44,458 bases of DNA, from assembly GCA_038042445.1 (NCBI GenBank), contig JBBTED010000022.1, positions 1-44,458 of the forward strand, in the 5' to 3' direction. This DNA is from Candidatus Firestoneibacteriota bacterium (GTDB lineage: Bacteria; Oederibacteriota; D2-FULL-39-29; JBBTED01). Under the pieces are notes generated by a model. The model worked only from the letters and a program-made list of their open reading frames with translations, made no database searches and was not told where the DNA came from. The position numbers and the translations under genes are program-made. Below, one piece after another: positions 1-10,103 of this stretch. Each line of letters opens with the position of its first letter. Position 1 is the first letter of the stretch.

Positions 1-1
1 T

Positions 2-97
2 ATTGAAAATAAAGGAGTTAAAGAAAAAATAGGACTAAAATTTAACAAAGTCCTGGAGATGAAAAAGAAGGCAGAGAACATCAACTTATATGGTTAG
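2..97 (+). CDS. 3' end of an upstream CDS (partial, unknown product)
   Basis: Frame open from the window edge (IENKGVKEKIGLKFNKVLEMKKKAENINLYG*), TAG at 95-97; same strand as the downstream cluster. Confidence 0.45.
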   Translation: MENKGVKEKIGLKFNKVLEMKKKAENINLYG

Positions 98-191
98 GCA
101 AAGGAGATAATTATAAAAATAGAGCTAATTTTGGGAGATTATTATTGGAATAATCCTATAAGGTTCTGCTATTTTAAAATAAGGAGATTAT

Positions 192-1451
192 ATGTTTGAT
201 GTAAAAATAACCGCGCACGATAAAAACATAATCTGTACGCTTGCAACTCGGGTTGCTGAAATTGCATCTCTTCCAGTGCAAAATGAGAATCGCAAAATGT
301 GGATTAGAATAAATCGGCTTGAGAGGGTTAGGCCTCTTATTCACATTCAGGCAATTGCTCCAGATATTTGGGAGGAACTGATTCCGAATAAACAACTACA
401 GTGCATTGATTCGTTTTGTAGGGAACAAGAGATGGAATTGCGAAAAAAGATTTATTGCTGGGAAAATTTTAGGGATGATAGAGTTGTAGATGATATTGTG
501 GTGTGTCCCATTATTAGCAATTATAATACTGGATGTGGTATTGAAATAGGCATTTTAAAACCGAAAGATAATATAGGTGCGCATGCTTTTCTGCCAGTTA
601 TTGTGGAAGAACGGGATATTGAAAAAATTCAGACGAAATCCGAGATATATGTGGATTGGAAAGAAACGAATACGTTATTTGAACTGCTCTATAATCTCTA
701 TGGTGATATCCTAAAAGTGGAGAAACGCGGGTTTGATTTCTTCAATTTTGCACCAATGGATATGTTTATTCGCTGGAGAGGTATTGAGCAGATGTTCATG
801 GATTTACTTGATAGGCCAAAATGGGTACATGAAGGACTTGAAAGAATTACAACCAGGTATTTGGGCGAATTAGAACAACTTGAGAAAATGAATGTTCTCT
901 CCTTGAGCAATGGAAACACACGCCTTGGTTCAGGCGGTTACGGATGGACTGATCAACTTCCACAAAAGGATTTTGACGGCGCACACGTCAGAATCAAGGA
1001 TATGTGGGCACGTGCTGCAACCCAAATATTTACTGAAATAATTTCACCAGAAATGCATTATGAATTTGCGATTCAGTATGAAAAGCGGTTGCTTGAAAGA
1101 TTTGGGCTGAGTTGTTACGGGTGTTGCGAGCCACTACACAAAAAGATGAGTGTTGTCAGAAAAATTCGTAACTTGCGGCGGGTATCAATGAGCCCTTGGG
1201 TAGATATTGAAGTTGCATCAAGAGAAGTCGGCAGAGATTTGGTTTATACACATAAACCAAATCCTGCAATTGTGAGCATGGAACAATGGCATCCGGATTT
1301 AGCTCGTGAAAAACTAAAAGATGCTTTTGAAAAAACACGGAACAACATTTTAGAGGTTAATCTTCAGGACATCCACACTGTTAGAAATGAGCCAAATAGA
1401 CTAACAGAATGGAGAAATATAGCTTTTGAACTCGCAGAGGAATATATTTGA
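192..1451 (+). CDS. URO-D/MtaA(CIMS)-like TIM-barrel protein, function unknown
   Basis: RGIEQMFMDLLDRP, ISPEMHYEF and YGCCEPLH motifs typical of the uroporphyrinogen decarboxylase/methylcobalamin:CoM methyltransferase superfamily; AAGGAG RBS upstream. Confidence 0.65.
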   Translation: MFDVKITAHDKNIICTLATRVAEIASLPVQNENRKMWIRINRLERVRPLIHIQAIAPDIWEELIPNKQLQCIDSFCREQEMELRKKIYCWENFRDDRVVDDIVVCPIISNYNTGCGIEIGILKPKDNIGAHAFLPVIVEERDIEKIQTKSEIYVDWKETNTLFELLYNLYGDILKVEKRGFDFFNFAPMDMFIRWRGIEQMFMDLLDRPKWVHEGLERITTRYLGELEQLEKMNVLSLSNGNTRLGSGGYGWTDQLPQKDFDGAHVRIKDMWARAATQIFTEIISPEMHYEFAIQYEKRLLERFGLSCYGCCEPLHKKMSVVRKIRNLRRVSMSPWVDIEVASREVGRDLVYTHKPNPAIVSMEQWHPDLAREKLKDAFEKTRNNILEVNLQDIHTVRNEPNRLTEWRNIAFELAEEYI

Positions 1452-1456
1452 ATTGC

Positions 1457-1510
1457 TGTAGTTGCCGATTTATCGGCGTAAAAAAAACAGCTGATAAATC
1501 AGCAACTACA
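1457..1510. repeat. GTAG-type REP doublet (REPIN-like), family A
   Basis: TGTAGTTGCCGATTTATCGGC (1457-1477) and inverted GCTGATAAATCAGCAACTACA (1490-1510); each arm is itself a hairpin; further copies at 9968 and 13804. Confidence 0.85.
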
Positions 1511-1585
1511 AAAATTTTGGTTTTATATTTGGTAGATATTTGCTTAACAGTGTTCTATGAATAGTAAAGTTTTACTGAAAAATTT

Positions 1586-4159
1586 ATGATTTATACGGGT
1601 AAGAATATTAAGGAGATTGCTTTTCCGCTTGGAGGGATAGGAACAGGCTCAATATCTTTAGGTGGTTGGGGTCAGCTTAGAGATTGGGAAATAATGAATA
1701 AGCCAAATAAATCAAACGAGAGGAATCACTCTGATTTTCAGACAAATAATGGTGTGCCAAAACATACATTTTTTACAGTTAAGATAAATCAGAAAAATAA
1801 GAATGATATAATCAAAGTTTTGCAGGGGAATTGTGAAGGGGATTTTATAGGATATGGTAATTCAGGTCAAATGCATTTAGGCGAAGGCTTGCCACATTTT
1901 CGCAAAGTAAAATTTGTTGGGAATTATCCTTTTGCAAAAGTTATTTTGCAAGATGTTGATATTCCAGTAGATGTTACATTAGAGGCTTTTAATCCTTTTA
2001 TTCCACTCAATGCAAAAGATTCAGGGATACCTGCTGCAATTTTACTTTATCATTTTAAAAATACGAGCAATAAAACAATTGAAGGAACAATATATGGAAA
2101 TTTAAGAAATATAATTGGAGATCCTGAAAAAGAAGGTAAAATCAATAAGATAAAAAAGTCATCTAATCTTACAGGATTATATTTAACAACAGACAAATTT
2201 AAAAATGATTCTCCTAAATACGGTTCTATTGCATTATCTACAATATCTAAAAATGTAAAAATTTTACCAAAATGGAAGGATGATAGATTATCAAAATTCT
2301 GGCAAATGTTAGAATTAGATAAATTGCCAGAAGACAAAGGTCTTACAGAAATTGGGACAGTAGCTATAGATTTTAAAATAAAAGCTAATGAAATAATAAC
2401 TATCCCATTTTTTTTAACCTGGTATTTTCCAAATTTTGAAAAGTATTGGGGTGCTTCATCTGATTGTTGTGGTACTTCATCTACACATGAGATATGGAAA
2501 AATTATTATGCAACTGTGTGGAAAGATGCATGGGATGTAGCAAAATATACAGTAGATAATTTTGATAGGCTTTATAATGAAACAAAGCTATTTGCTGATA
2601 CTTTGTTTTCTTCAACTTTACCTGATTATGTGTTGGATGCTATAAGTTCACAAGTATCAATATTAAAAACAACGACTTGTATAAGATTAGAAGATGGAAC
2701 ATTTTATGGATTTGAAGGTTGTCATAACACAGGGGGTTGTTGTGAGGGTTCATGTGCACATGTATGGAATTATGTTCAGGCAGTTGCGTATCTTTTTCCA
2801 GAACTTCAACGTTCAATGAGAGAAGCTGATTATAAATATAGTATGGCTAAAGATGGATTTATACAATTTAGATTGCCATTGCCACTTGGGAAAAAGCCAG
2901 ATTTTAATTTTCCACCTGCGGCTGATGGACAAATGGGTGGAATTATGCAGGTGTATAGAGAATGGCTTATAAGCGGAGATGATAAATGGCTAAAAGAAAT
3001 ATGGCCATCAGCTAAAAAATCATTAGAGTTTGCATGGAAGTATTGGGATAAAGATAAAGATGGTGTGATGGAAGGAATGCAGCATAATACTTATGACTGT
3101 GAAGTGTATGGTCCTAATACAATGATGGGTAGTTTATATTTAGGAGCACTTCGTGCAGGAGAAGAAATTGCAAGATATTTAGGAGAAATTGACAAGGCAG
3201 ATGAATATAGAAAGTTATTTGAGAAGGGTTCAAAATGGACAGATAAAAATCTATTTAACGGAGAGTATTATGAACAAAAAGTTAATCCTGAGGCGCATAA
3301 AATCTGGCCAAAGAAATATATAAGATTAGCAGAAGAACACGGCAAAGATGATAAATTTCCATCTTGGCCAAAATGGCAGTATGGAAAAGGTTGTTTGTCT
3401 GACCAGCTTATTGGACAGTGGTATGCTGAGATGTTAGGATTGGGATATTTTTATAGCAGAGAAAATACCAGAAAAACCTTGAAGTCCATATTTAAATATA
3501 ATTGGAAAAAAGATTTATCCGGTCATGCTAATTTTCTTCGGACATACGCATTAAATGATGAATCAGGACTTGTAATTTGTTCTTGGCCTAAGGGAGGAAG
3601 ACCAGGATATGCTTTAGTGGATTATCCAGAAGAAATATGGACAGGAATAGAATATCAAGTTGCAAGCCATTTGATATATGAAGGATTTATTAAGGAAGGA
3701 TTGGATATATGTAAAGGAGTAAGAAACAGATATAATGGAGAAAAACGTAATCCTTGGGATGAAATAGAATGTGGACATCATTATGCAAGAGCTATGTCAA
3801 GTTATGCACTTTTATTAGCTTTTTCAGGGTTTTCATATTCTGCACCAGAAAAGAAAATTGGGTTTTCTCCACGAGTAAATCAAGAAAATTTCGCCACTTT
3901 CTTTTCAATTGGTTCAGGATGGGGATATTATCAACAAAAAATTAAAAATAGCAAAACTATTTTAAAATTAGAAATAAAATATGGCGAATTAAAATTACAG
4001 GAAGTTGCAATAAATATAAAAGCTAAAAAATGTTTTGCGAAATTTGGGAATAAACAAATTGCAGTTAAAATCAAATATGAAAAAGAAAAAGCACATATAA
4101 TTTTTAACAATATATTAATAATTAATAAAGAGAAATCCTTGAAATTATATTTGAGCTAA
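1586..4159 (+). CDS. GH116 family glycoside hydrolase (non-lysosomal glucosylceramidase-like beta-glucosidase/xylosidase)
   Basis: FPLGGIGTGSI N-terminus, FYGFEG, GCCEGSCAHVWNY, AADGQMG, QHNTYD, PWDEIECGHHYARAMSS; no signal peptide visible. Confidence 0.9.
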   Translation: MIYTGKNIKEIAFPLGGIGTGSISLGGWGQLRDWEIMNKPNKSNERNHSDFQTNNGVPKHTFFTVKINQKNKNDIIKVLQGNCEGDFIGYGNSGQMHLGEGLPHFRKVKFVGNYPFAKVILQDVDIPVDVTLEAFNPFIPLNAKDSGIPAAILLYHFKNTSNKTIEGTIYGNLRNIIGDPEKEGKINKIKKSSNLTGLYLTTDKFKNDSPKYGSIALSTISKNVKILPKWKDDRLSKFWQMLELDKLPEDKGLTEIGTVAIDFKIKANEIITIPFFLTWYFPNFEKYWGASSDCCGTSSTHEIWKNYYATVWKDAWDVAKYTVDNFDRLYNETKLFADTLFSSTLPDYVLDAISSQVSILKTTTCIRLEDGTFYGFEGCHNTGGCCEGSCAHVWNYVQAVAYLFPELQRSMREADYKYSMAKDGFIQFRLPLPLGKKPDFNFPPAADGQMGGIMQVYREWLISGDDKWLKEIWPSAKKSLEFAWKYWDKDKDGVMEGMQHNTYDCEVYGPNTMMGSLYLGALRAGEEIARYLGEIDKADEYRKLFEKGSKWTDKNLFNGEYYEQKVNPEAHKIWPKKYIRLAEEHGKDDKFPSWPKWQYGKGCLSDQLIGQWYAEMLGLGYFYSRENTRKTLKSIFKYNWKKDLSGHANFLRTYALNDESGLVICSWPKGGRPGYALVDYPEEIWTGIEYQVASHLIYEGFIKEGLDICKGVRNRYNGEKRNPWDEIECGHHYARAMSSYALLLAFSGFSYSAPEKKIGFSPRVNQENFATFFSIGSGWGYYQQKIKNSKTILKLEIKYGELKLQEVAINIKAKKCFAKFGNKQIAVKIKYEKEKAHIIFNNILIINKEKSLKLYLS

Positions 4160-4199
4160 AAAGCTCAATGGACAATTAAAAAATGGGAAAGGAGTAAAA

Positions 4200-6071
4200 A
4201 TGAAAAAGGTATTTGTTTTAGGGTTAGATGGTGCGAATCAGAAATTACTCAAAGAATATGTTTTAAAGGGGTATTTGCCAAATTTTAAAAAGTTTTTGAA
4301 AACAGGAAGTTTTGCAGAGGCATTGCCTTGTTCTTATGGCGCAACTCCTATAAATTGGGCAACAATTTCCACAGGTTCATATTCTGGGACACATGGTATT
4401 TCTACTTTTTTGGTTCACAAGCCAGGGACTCCTATGGATAAGGTTGAAAATGGATTTACATCAAAAATTTGCAAATCAGAGTTTATATGGGATGCAGCGC
4501 AAAGAGCTGGATTAAAAACAGCACTGATAAGTTATCCTCATTCTCTTCCAAAAACTGCAAAAAGCAATATTGTGATAGGTTCAACAGGTACCCCTGGTCA
4601 ATTCCCTGTAATACACGAAGCATTTAATATAGAATTGATAGATTTTAAATTACCAGAAAAATGGAAAAACGTACCAGAAGATAGAAACATAATAAAAGAG
4701 ATGAAGTTCATTGTAAAACCAACGGATAAAACTGAATGGGGTTTGGGAACAATTCAGCGGATGGAAACAGGGTTAAATCAAATGGAGCTTTACATTGGAT
4801 TAGTAAAAAATAAAAACAAGAAAGATTCAATAATATTATCACTTGTGAAAGATTGGAAAGAAAAAATAGTTGAAGTTTTTGATAAGCAATGGTCAGACTG
4901 GGTAACGTTAACATTTAAAAATTCCAGTGGTAAAAGAGAAATAGGATATTTTCAGTGTTATTTAGATTTTACGAAAAAGGATTTAACTTTTACATCTATA
5001 TATTATGAAAAAGAATTATGCGATTCAGCAATATTAAGAAATGAACTTATAGAAAAATTTGGGTATTATGGAAAATATATAGGATCCGTAGTATATAAAA
5101 ATGAATTAGCTTCGTTGCAACAGGCAGAAGCAAAAGGTATGTGGCAAGTTAAAGCAGGGACATATCTTATGGATAAGCATAATGTTAATATATGTTTTAG
5201 CAAGTGGCATTATTTCGACCATATAGGACACGGATTATTTAATTATATAGACCCGTTGAGCCCATGGTATAAACCAAGTGAGAGCAAATACTGGGAAAAA
5301 ATATTTATAAACGCACATCAAATTGCAGATAAAATGTTGGGGTATTTAATGAATTGGGCAGATAAAGATACATCAATAGTAGTTATATCTGATCATGGCG
5401 AAGTAGTGCATATAAATGCGGTGTCAATAAACAATATACTTGCCAATAATGGATTGATTTCATTTAAAAAATCCAAACCTGCTCCAAAAATAAATTGGAA
5501 AAAGACAAAAGCATTTGCACATAATTCAAGCAATACACAAATAAGGGTAAATCTTAAAGGTAGGGATCCTGATGGTTGTGTTCAACCAGAAGATTATGAA
5601 AAAGTTCAAGAGCAAATAATAGATATACTTTTGAATGTTAAAGACCCAAAGACTAGGAAAAGATGTTTTAGTGTTGCTATAAAAAAACAGGATGCAGCAA
5701 GTTTTGGTATATGGGGAGATAGAGTAGGAGATATATTGTATTTTGCGAATCCTGGTTATACAACAGAATGGTTTGGTTTGACAAATGATTTAAGGGAAGT
5801 AGTTTGTATGGGTCAGCATGAAAAATCAAGTTTCAATTATGGTGCGCCAGATTATAGATCAGAGCATGGAAGTAGTTTGCCATCAGTTAGTTATGGAAGA
5901 GGAGGAGAATCAGCAATATTTGGTATGTGGGGAAATAATATAAAAAAAGGATATATGCGTAAAAATCCTATTAGATTGGTAGATGTAACACCAACAATTT
6001 GCTATCTTATGAAATTTAATCCGCCAAGAGATTGTGAAGGTGCAATTCTATATAATATGCTAAAGCAGTAA
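4200..6071 (+). CDS. Alkaline phosphatase superfamily, type I phosphodiesterase/nucleotide pyrophosphatase
   Basis: VLGLDGA, TPINWATISTG, DHIGH, VISDHG, VNLKGRDPDG, DVTPTI motifs. Confidence 0.85.
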   Translation: MKKVFVLGLDGANQKLLKEYVLKGYLPNFKKFLKTGSFAEALPCSYGATPINWATISTGSYSGTHGISTFLVHKPGTPMDKVENGFTSKICKSEFIWDAAQRAGLKTALISYPHSLPKTAKSNIVIGSTGTPGQFPVIHEAFNIELIDFKLPEKWKNVPEDRNIIKEMKFIVKPTDKTEWGLGTIQRMETGLNQMELYIGLVKNKNKKDSIILSLVKDWKEKIVEVFDKQWSDWVTLTFKNSSGKREIGYFQCYLDFTKKDLTFTSIYYEKELCDSAILRNELIEKFGYYGKYIGSVVYKNELASLQQAEAKGMWQVKAGTYLMDKHNVNICFSKWHYFDHIGHGLFNYIDPLSPWYKPSESKYWEKIFINAHQIADKMLGYLMNWADKDTSIVVISDHGEVVHINAVSINNILANNGLISFKKSKPAPKINWKKTKAFAHNSSNTQIRVNLKGRDPDGCVQPEDYEKVQEQIIDILLNVKDPKTRKRCFSVAIKKQDAASFGIWGDRVGDILYFANPGYTTEWFGLTNDLREVVCMGQHEKSSFNYGAPDYRSEHGSSLPSVSYGRGGESAIFGMWGNNIKKGYMRKNPIRLVDVTPTICYLMKFNPPRDCEGAILYNMLKQ

Positions 6072-6111
6072 CAAATGAAATAGGTGTATATAAAAACATG
6101 GAGGATAAATA

Positions 6112-7125
6112 GTGTCAAGACCTGATTGGGGAATTGGAATTATAGGATTGGGCGATGTTGCTAACTTACATCTGGAAGCATATCGCAAGATTGGGCTAAA
6201 TGTTATAGGCGGAGCCGAATTAGATGCGAGGAAAAGGGATATGATGAAAGAGAAGTGGAAACTGTCTGTTGTTGTAGAAGACTTTAAAGAACTGATTTCA
6301 CGGCCAGAAGTAAAGATAGTGGATGTAGCACTACCACAGATTTTTAAAATCAGGAAACCTATCATCGAGTATGCTTCTCAACAAGGAAAAGCATTATTTG
6401 TGCAAAAACCTCTATCTATTTATTTGTCCGAAGCGAAACAGCTTGTGGAGATAGCAGAATCGCATCGGGTGCCTTTTATGGTAAATCAGAACTCTGTATT
6501 TGTCCCATCTTTTATGGCAATGGATCCCTATCTTAGAGACAGCCGTTATATAGGAACGCCTTACTATTTTCAGATAGAAAACACAGGATGGTGGTTCCCG
6601 AAGGATAAATGGCTTATGAAATTGGATAGACATATTTCCTCGGGGTTAGGCATTCATTATTATGCACTTGCAATACATTGGTTCGGAGACTGGGAATCGG
6701 TTTACGCAATGGTTGGTCGGGATGCTTCTCAGACTGGACTCAAAGGCGATAGTCTCGGTATTGTATCTGTAAAGTTCAAGAATGGAGTTAAGGGTCTTAT
6801 TATCAACAACGTTTGTTATCGGGGATCACGGATTCGTAGACATGAAATTATCATACAAGGCGATGCTGGGAGCATCACAGGTGATAGCGAGGATATTTGC
6901 ATCACTACTGTGAATCCGCCATCGGAAATACGCCCGAAGATTCAAGGGAAATGGGAACCAGACGCTTTTGCAAATTCAATGTCACATTTTGTTGATTCGC
7001 TTGACAAAGGCACGTCCTTTTTGTTCTCGGGACGAGAGAATCTTAAAACCGTAGCGCTTTTGGAAGCTATCTATCTCTCTGCAGCAGAACGACGCGAAGT
7101 ACGTAGTGACGAACTTTTGCCATAA
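6112..7125 (+). CDS. Gfo/Idh/MocA family NAD(P)-dependent oxidoreductase (QKP subtype)
   Basis: GIGIIGLGDVA Rossmann motif, VQKPL, MVNQN; GTG start with GGAGG RBS. Confidence 0.85.
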   Translation: MSRPDWGIGIIGLGDVANLHLEAYRKIGLNVIGGAELDARKRDMMKEKWKLSVVVEDFKELISRPEVKIVDVALPQIFKIRKPIIEYASQQGKALFVQKPLSIYLSEAKQLVEIAESHRVPFMVNQNSVFVPSFMAMDPYLRDSRYIGTPYYFQIENTGWWFPKDKWLMKLDRHISSGLGIHYYALAIHWFGDWESVYAMVGRDASQTGLKGDSLGIVSVKFKNGVKGLIINNVCYRGSRIRRHEIIIQGDAGSITGDSEDICITTVNPPSEIRPKIQGKWEPDAFANSMSHFVDSLDKGTSFLFSGRENLKTVALLEAIYLSAAERREVRSDELLP

Positions 7126-7156
7126 GGGTGCTAAAAAAAATTTAAAAGGAGAAATG

Positions 7157-8281
7157 ATGATTGATAAGTTAAAAAGTGTAGTAAAATTACATGAATCAGA
7201 AAAAAATATTGCGACTGAAGTATCCCATGCTTTAGGAGATAAAAAAGCAAAAATTGGATTTGTGGGTGCAGGAGTTCATGCCACTAGAAATTTATATCCA
7301 ATGATTCATCTGATTCCAGAGATAGATTTGGTAGCAGTTTGTTGTAATTCAAGTGAAGAGAAAGCAAAAAGAAATGCAAGAAATTTTGGTGCATTGAGAT
7401 GGTATACGGATTTAAATAAAATGTTTTCTCAAGAAAAATTAGATGGCGCAATTGTTTGTGGTACACCTCAAATGCATTATGAAGTCGGAAAAAAATGTTT
7501 AGATGCCGGTTTGCCTATTTTTGTGGAGAAACCTTCTGCGATTTCATCTAAGGATGCATTAGATTTAGCCGAATATGCCAGTAAGAAAGGATTGTTTGGA
7601 GCAGTTGCTTATATGAAAAGAAGTGCTACTTGTTATCGTATGGCAAAAGCTATTGTTGAAAAAGAAGAATTTGGAAAAATTACTGAAATAGCAGTTCATT
7701 TTACAACTGGAAGATATCCTGTTATGTGGGGCATAAAAGAGCCAGAGCGTTCTTTTTTAATCGGTTTTGCAGTTCATATTTTTGACCTTATACGATTTTT
7801 TTGTGGAGAAGTAGCTGAAATTTATGCACGGTTAAATAATGTAAAAACAATTGATGATAGTGCAATATTTGGCTATGCAATAACTCTTGTTTTCAAAAAT
7901 GGTACCGTTGGAGTTATGAATTTGAATGCTTCAGAGGGACCTGGTTGGCAGACACATGAATATTTAACACTTGCAGGTTTTGAATGTCGATTGGAAGTAA
8001 AACATATGGTGGAACTTAATTATTATGCAAATAAAAAACAGATGCCAGAATTTAATCCTGATGGAAGAGCACAAATTTTTTCATGGAAGCCGGAATCTAC
8101 AGAATTGATAGCTTCTAAGGCAGAAGGAATGATAGGTTATAAAGGAGAACTTCAAAATTTTGCCAGTGCAATTTTAGGGAAAGAAAAACTTAGAGCAGAT
8201 TTATTTGACGGAGCAAAAGGTCTACAAATTGCTGAAGCTGTATGGGAAAGCGCAACAACCCAAAAAGTAGTTAAATTGTAA
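7157..8281 (+). CDS. Gfo/Idh/MocA family oxidoreductase
   Basis: IGFVGAG, FVEKP, HIFDL motifs; start moved to ATG 7157 (or 7154) behind AAGGAG at about 7146. Confidence 0.88.
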   Translation: MIDKLKSVVKLHESEKNIATEVSHALGDKKAKIGFVGAGVHATRNLYPMIHLIPEIDLVAVCCNSSEEKAKRNARNFGALRWYTDLNKMFSQEKLDGAIVCGTPQMHYEVGKKCLDAGLPIFVEKPSAISSKDALDLAEYASKKGLFGAVAYMKRSATCYRMAKAIVEKEEFGKITEIAVHFTTGRYPVMWGIKEPERSFLIGFAVHIFDLIRFFCGEVAEIYARLNNVKTIDDSAIFGYAITLVFKNGTVGVMNLNASEGPGWQTHEYLTLAGFECRLEVKHMVELNYYANKKQMPEFNPDGRAQIFSWKPESTELIASKAEGMIGYKGELQNFASAILGKEKLRADLFDGAKGLQIAEAVWESATTQKVVKL

Positions 8282-8296
8282 AAGGGTATGTAAAAA

Positions 8297-9799
8297 ATGC
8301 GAATTATATATTTTGATATAGATTCACTTCGTGCTGATCATCTTGGATGTTATGGATATAAAAGAAATACTTCTCCAAATATAGATAGTATTGCAAGGGA
8401 AGGAGTTAGATTTGAAAACTGTTATGTTTCCGATTCACCTTGTCTTCCTTCAAGATCTGCAATGTTTACAGGAAAATTTGGAATTCATTCTGGAGTTGTA
8501 GGACATGGTGGCACAGCTGCAGATCCATATATTGTTGGAGCAACAAGGGGATTTAATAAATTCTGGACAGATAATAATAAGAGAGAACATTTAGGATTTG
8601 TAGAATTATTAAAAGAAGCAGGTTTTTATACGGTTTCTGTTAGTCCTTTTGCAGAACGACATGCATCATGGTGGTTTTATGCAGGATTTAGAGAAATGTT
8701 TAATACAGGAAAACGAGGAGACGACATTGCAAAAGAAATATCTGCTTGTGCAATTCCCTGGCTTAGGCAAAATGCCACAAAAGATAATTGGTTTCTTCAT
8801 ATAAATGTTTGGGATCCACATGTTCCTTACAGAACACCTAAAGATGAAAAAATTGATTTAGGGGAAACACCACAACAGGCAAAGTGGTTAACAAAAGAAT
8901 TATTAAAAAAACATAGAGAAAGTTTTGGGCCACATAGTGCAAGAGAAACAACTGGATTTGGTAGTAGAGAGGAAAAAGAAAGGTACATAAAAAAATATCC
9001 AGAGACTCCACGTTCTATTGATTCTTTAAATGATTTTTATAAATTGATAGATTTGTATGATCAGGGAATACGTTATGCTGATACTTATTTTGGTGAAATT
9101 TTAAAAATTCTTAAAGAGAATAAAATTTTAGATGATACTGCAGTAATTATAACTTCTGACCATGGAGAAAATATTGGAGAATTAAATGTATATGCAGATC
9201 ACCTTACTGCTGATTATATTACTTGTAGAACCCCTTTTATTTTGAAATGGCCGGGTTTAAAAACTAAAAAAGTTGACTTTTCTTTTCATTATCAAGTTGA
9301 TGCTGGAGCAACTATTCTTGAATTATTAGGTATAGAAGTTCCTATTTCGTGGGATGGGAAAAGTTTTTCAAAATCTTTATTAAAGAATAAGCCAGAAGAA
9401 AGGGAATTTTTAGTAGTAAGCAGTTGTGCATGGACTTGTCAACGTTCAGTTATATTTAAAGATTGGATAATGATAAAGACATATCACGAGGGCTTAAAAG
9501 ATTTTCCAGAAATTATGCTTTTTAATACAAAAAAAGATCCACATGAAATAAATGATCTTGCATGCAAGAACCCAAAAATAGTAAAAAAATGTTTGCAATT
9601 ACTTGATAATTGGCATAAAGAGATGATGGATTCTTCTGATATAAAGACAGATCCAATGGATACGGTTATAAAAGAGGGAGGTCCTTGGCATACAAGATCT
9701 TTCGCTCAAAAATATGCCAAACGTTTAACTGAAACAGGCAGACAAGAACATGCCAAAAAAATTTTAACATGGCTAAAAGAGGGAAAATATTGGCAATAA
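8297..9799 (+). CDS. Sulfatase (Cys-type, formylglycine-dependent)
   Basis: DIDSLRADHLGCYGY, CLPSR (CxPxR), WDPH, TSDHGE. Confidence 0.92.
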   Translation: MRIIYFDIDSLRADHLGCYGYKRNTSPNIDSIAREGVRFENCYVSDSPCLPSRSAMFTGKFGIHSGVVGHGGTAADPYIVGATRGFNKFWTDNNKREHLGFVELLKEAGFYTVSVSPFAERHASWWFYAGFREMFNTGKRGDDIAKEISACAIPWLRQNATKDNWFLHINVWDPHVPYRTPKDEKIDLGETPQQAKWLTKELLKKHRESFGPHSARETTGFGSREEKERYIKKYPETPRSIDSLNDFYKLIDLYDQGIRYADTYFGEILKILKENKILDDTAVIITSDHGENIGELNVYADHLTADYITCRTPFILKWPGLKTKKVDFSFHYQVDAGATILELLGIEVPISWDGKSFSKSLLKNKPEEREFLVVSSCAWTCQRSVIFKDWIMIKTYHEGLKDFPEIMLFNTKKDPHEINDLACKNPKIVKKCLQLLDNWHKEMMDSSDIKTDPMDTVIKEGGPWHTRSFAQKYAKRLTETGRQEHAKKILTWLKEGKYWQ

Positions 9800-9836
9800 C
9801 TGTATAAGTTATATTATAAGAGGAAATAGTTCGGTA

Positions 9837-10082
9837 GGTACTGTAAAAAGTTTTATGAGAGAAAATTCATAAATACTGATAAATAAAGGTTAAATCTCTT
9901 TCATAAGGGGGGAGGGAACTTAAAACAGGGGATTAAAAGCAAATTAATACAAACGCATTAAGTTTTTTGTAGTTGCCGATTTATCGGCTTTTAAATTATG
10001 CTCATAAATGAGCGACTACAAATTTTAAAATAGATGTAATTAAAGAAATAAAGAAATATTGTTAAAAACTTTTCACAGTACC
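9837..10082. mobile_element. 246-bp MITE with 18-bp TIRs and 8-bp target-site duplication
   Basis: GGTACTGTAAAAAGTTTT ... AAAACTTTTCACAGTACC (17/18 match); GTTCGGTA directly repeated at 9829-9836 and 10083-10090; no credible internal ORF. Confidence 0.9.
9968..10020. repeat. GTAG-type REP doublet, family A, inside the MITE
   Basis: TGTAGTTGCCGATTTATCGGC identical to 1457-1477; inverted arm GCTCATAAATGAGCGACTACA at 10000-10020. Confidence 0.85.
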
Positions 10083-10103
10083 GTTCGGTAAAATAGAAGG
10101 AAA

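Noticed and set aside
98..191. Imperfect inverted repeats upstream of the first full ORF
   Set aside because: AT-rich and imperfect, with no second copy in the window; could be chance
4151..4168. TTGAGCT-AAAA-AGCTCAA hairpin over the GH116 stop as a terminator
   Set aside because: Short, weak stem with no U-tract, and the next gene starts about 30 nt later; single copy
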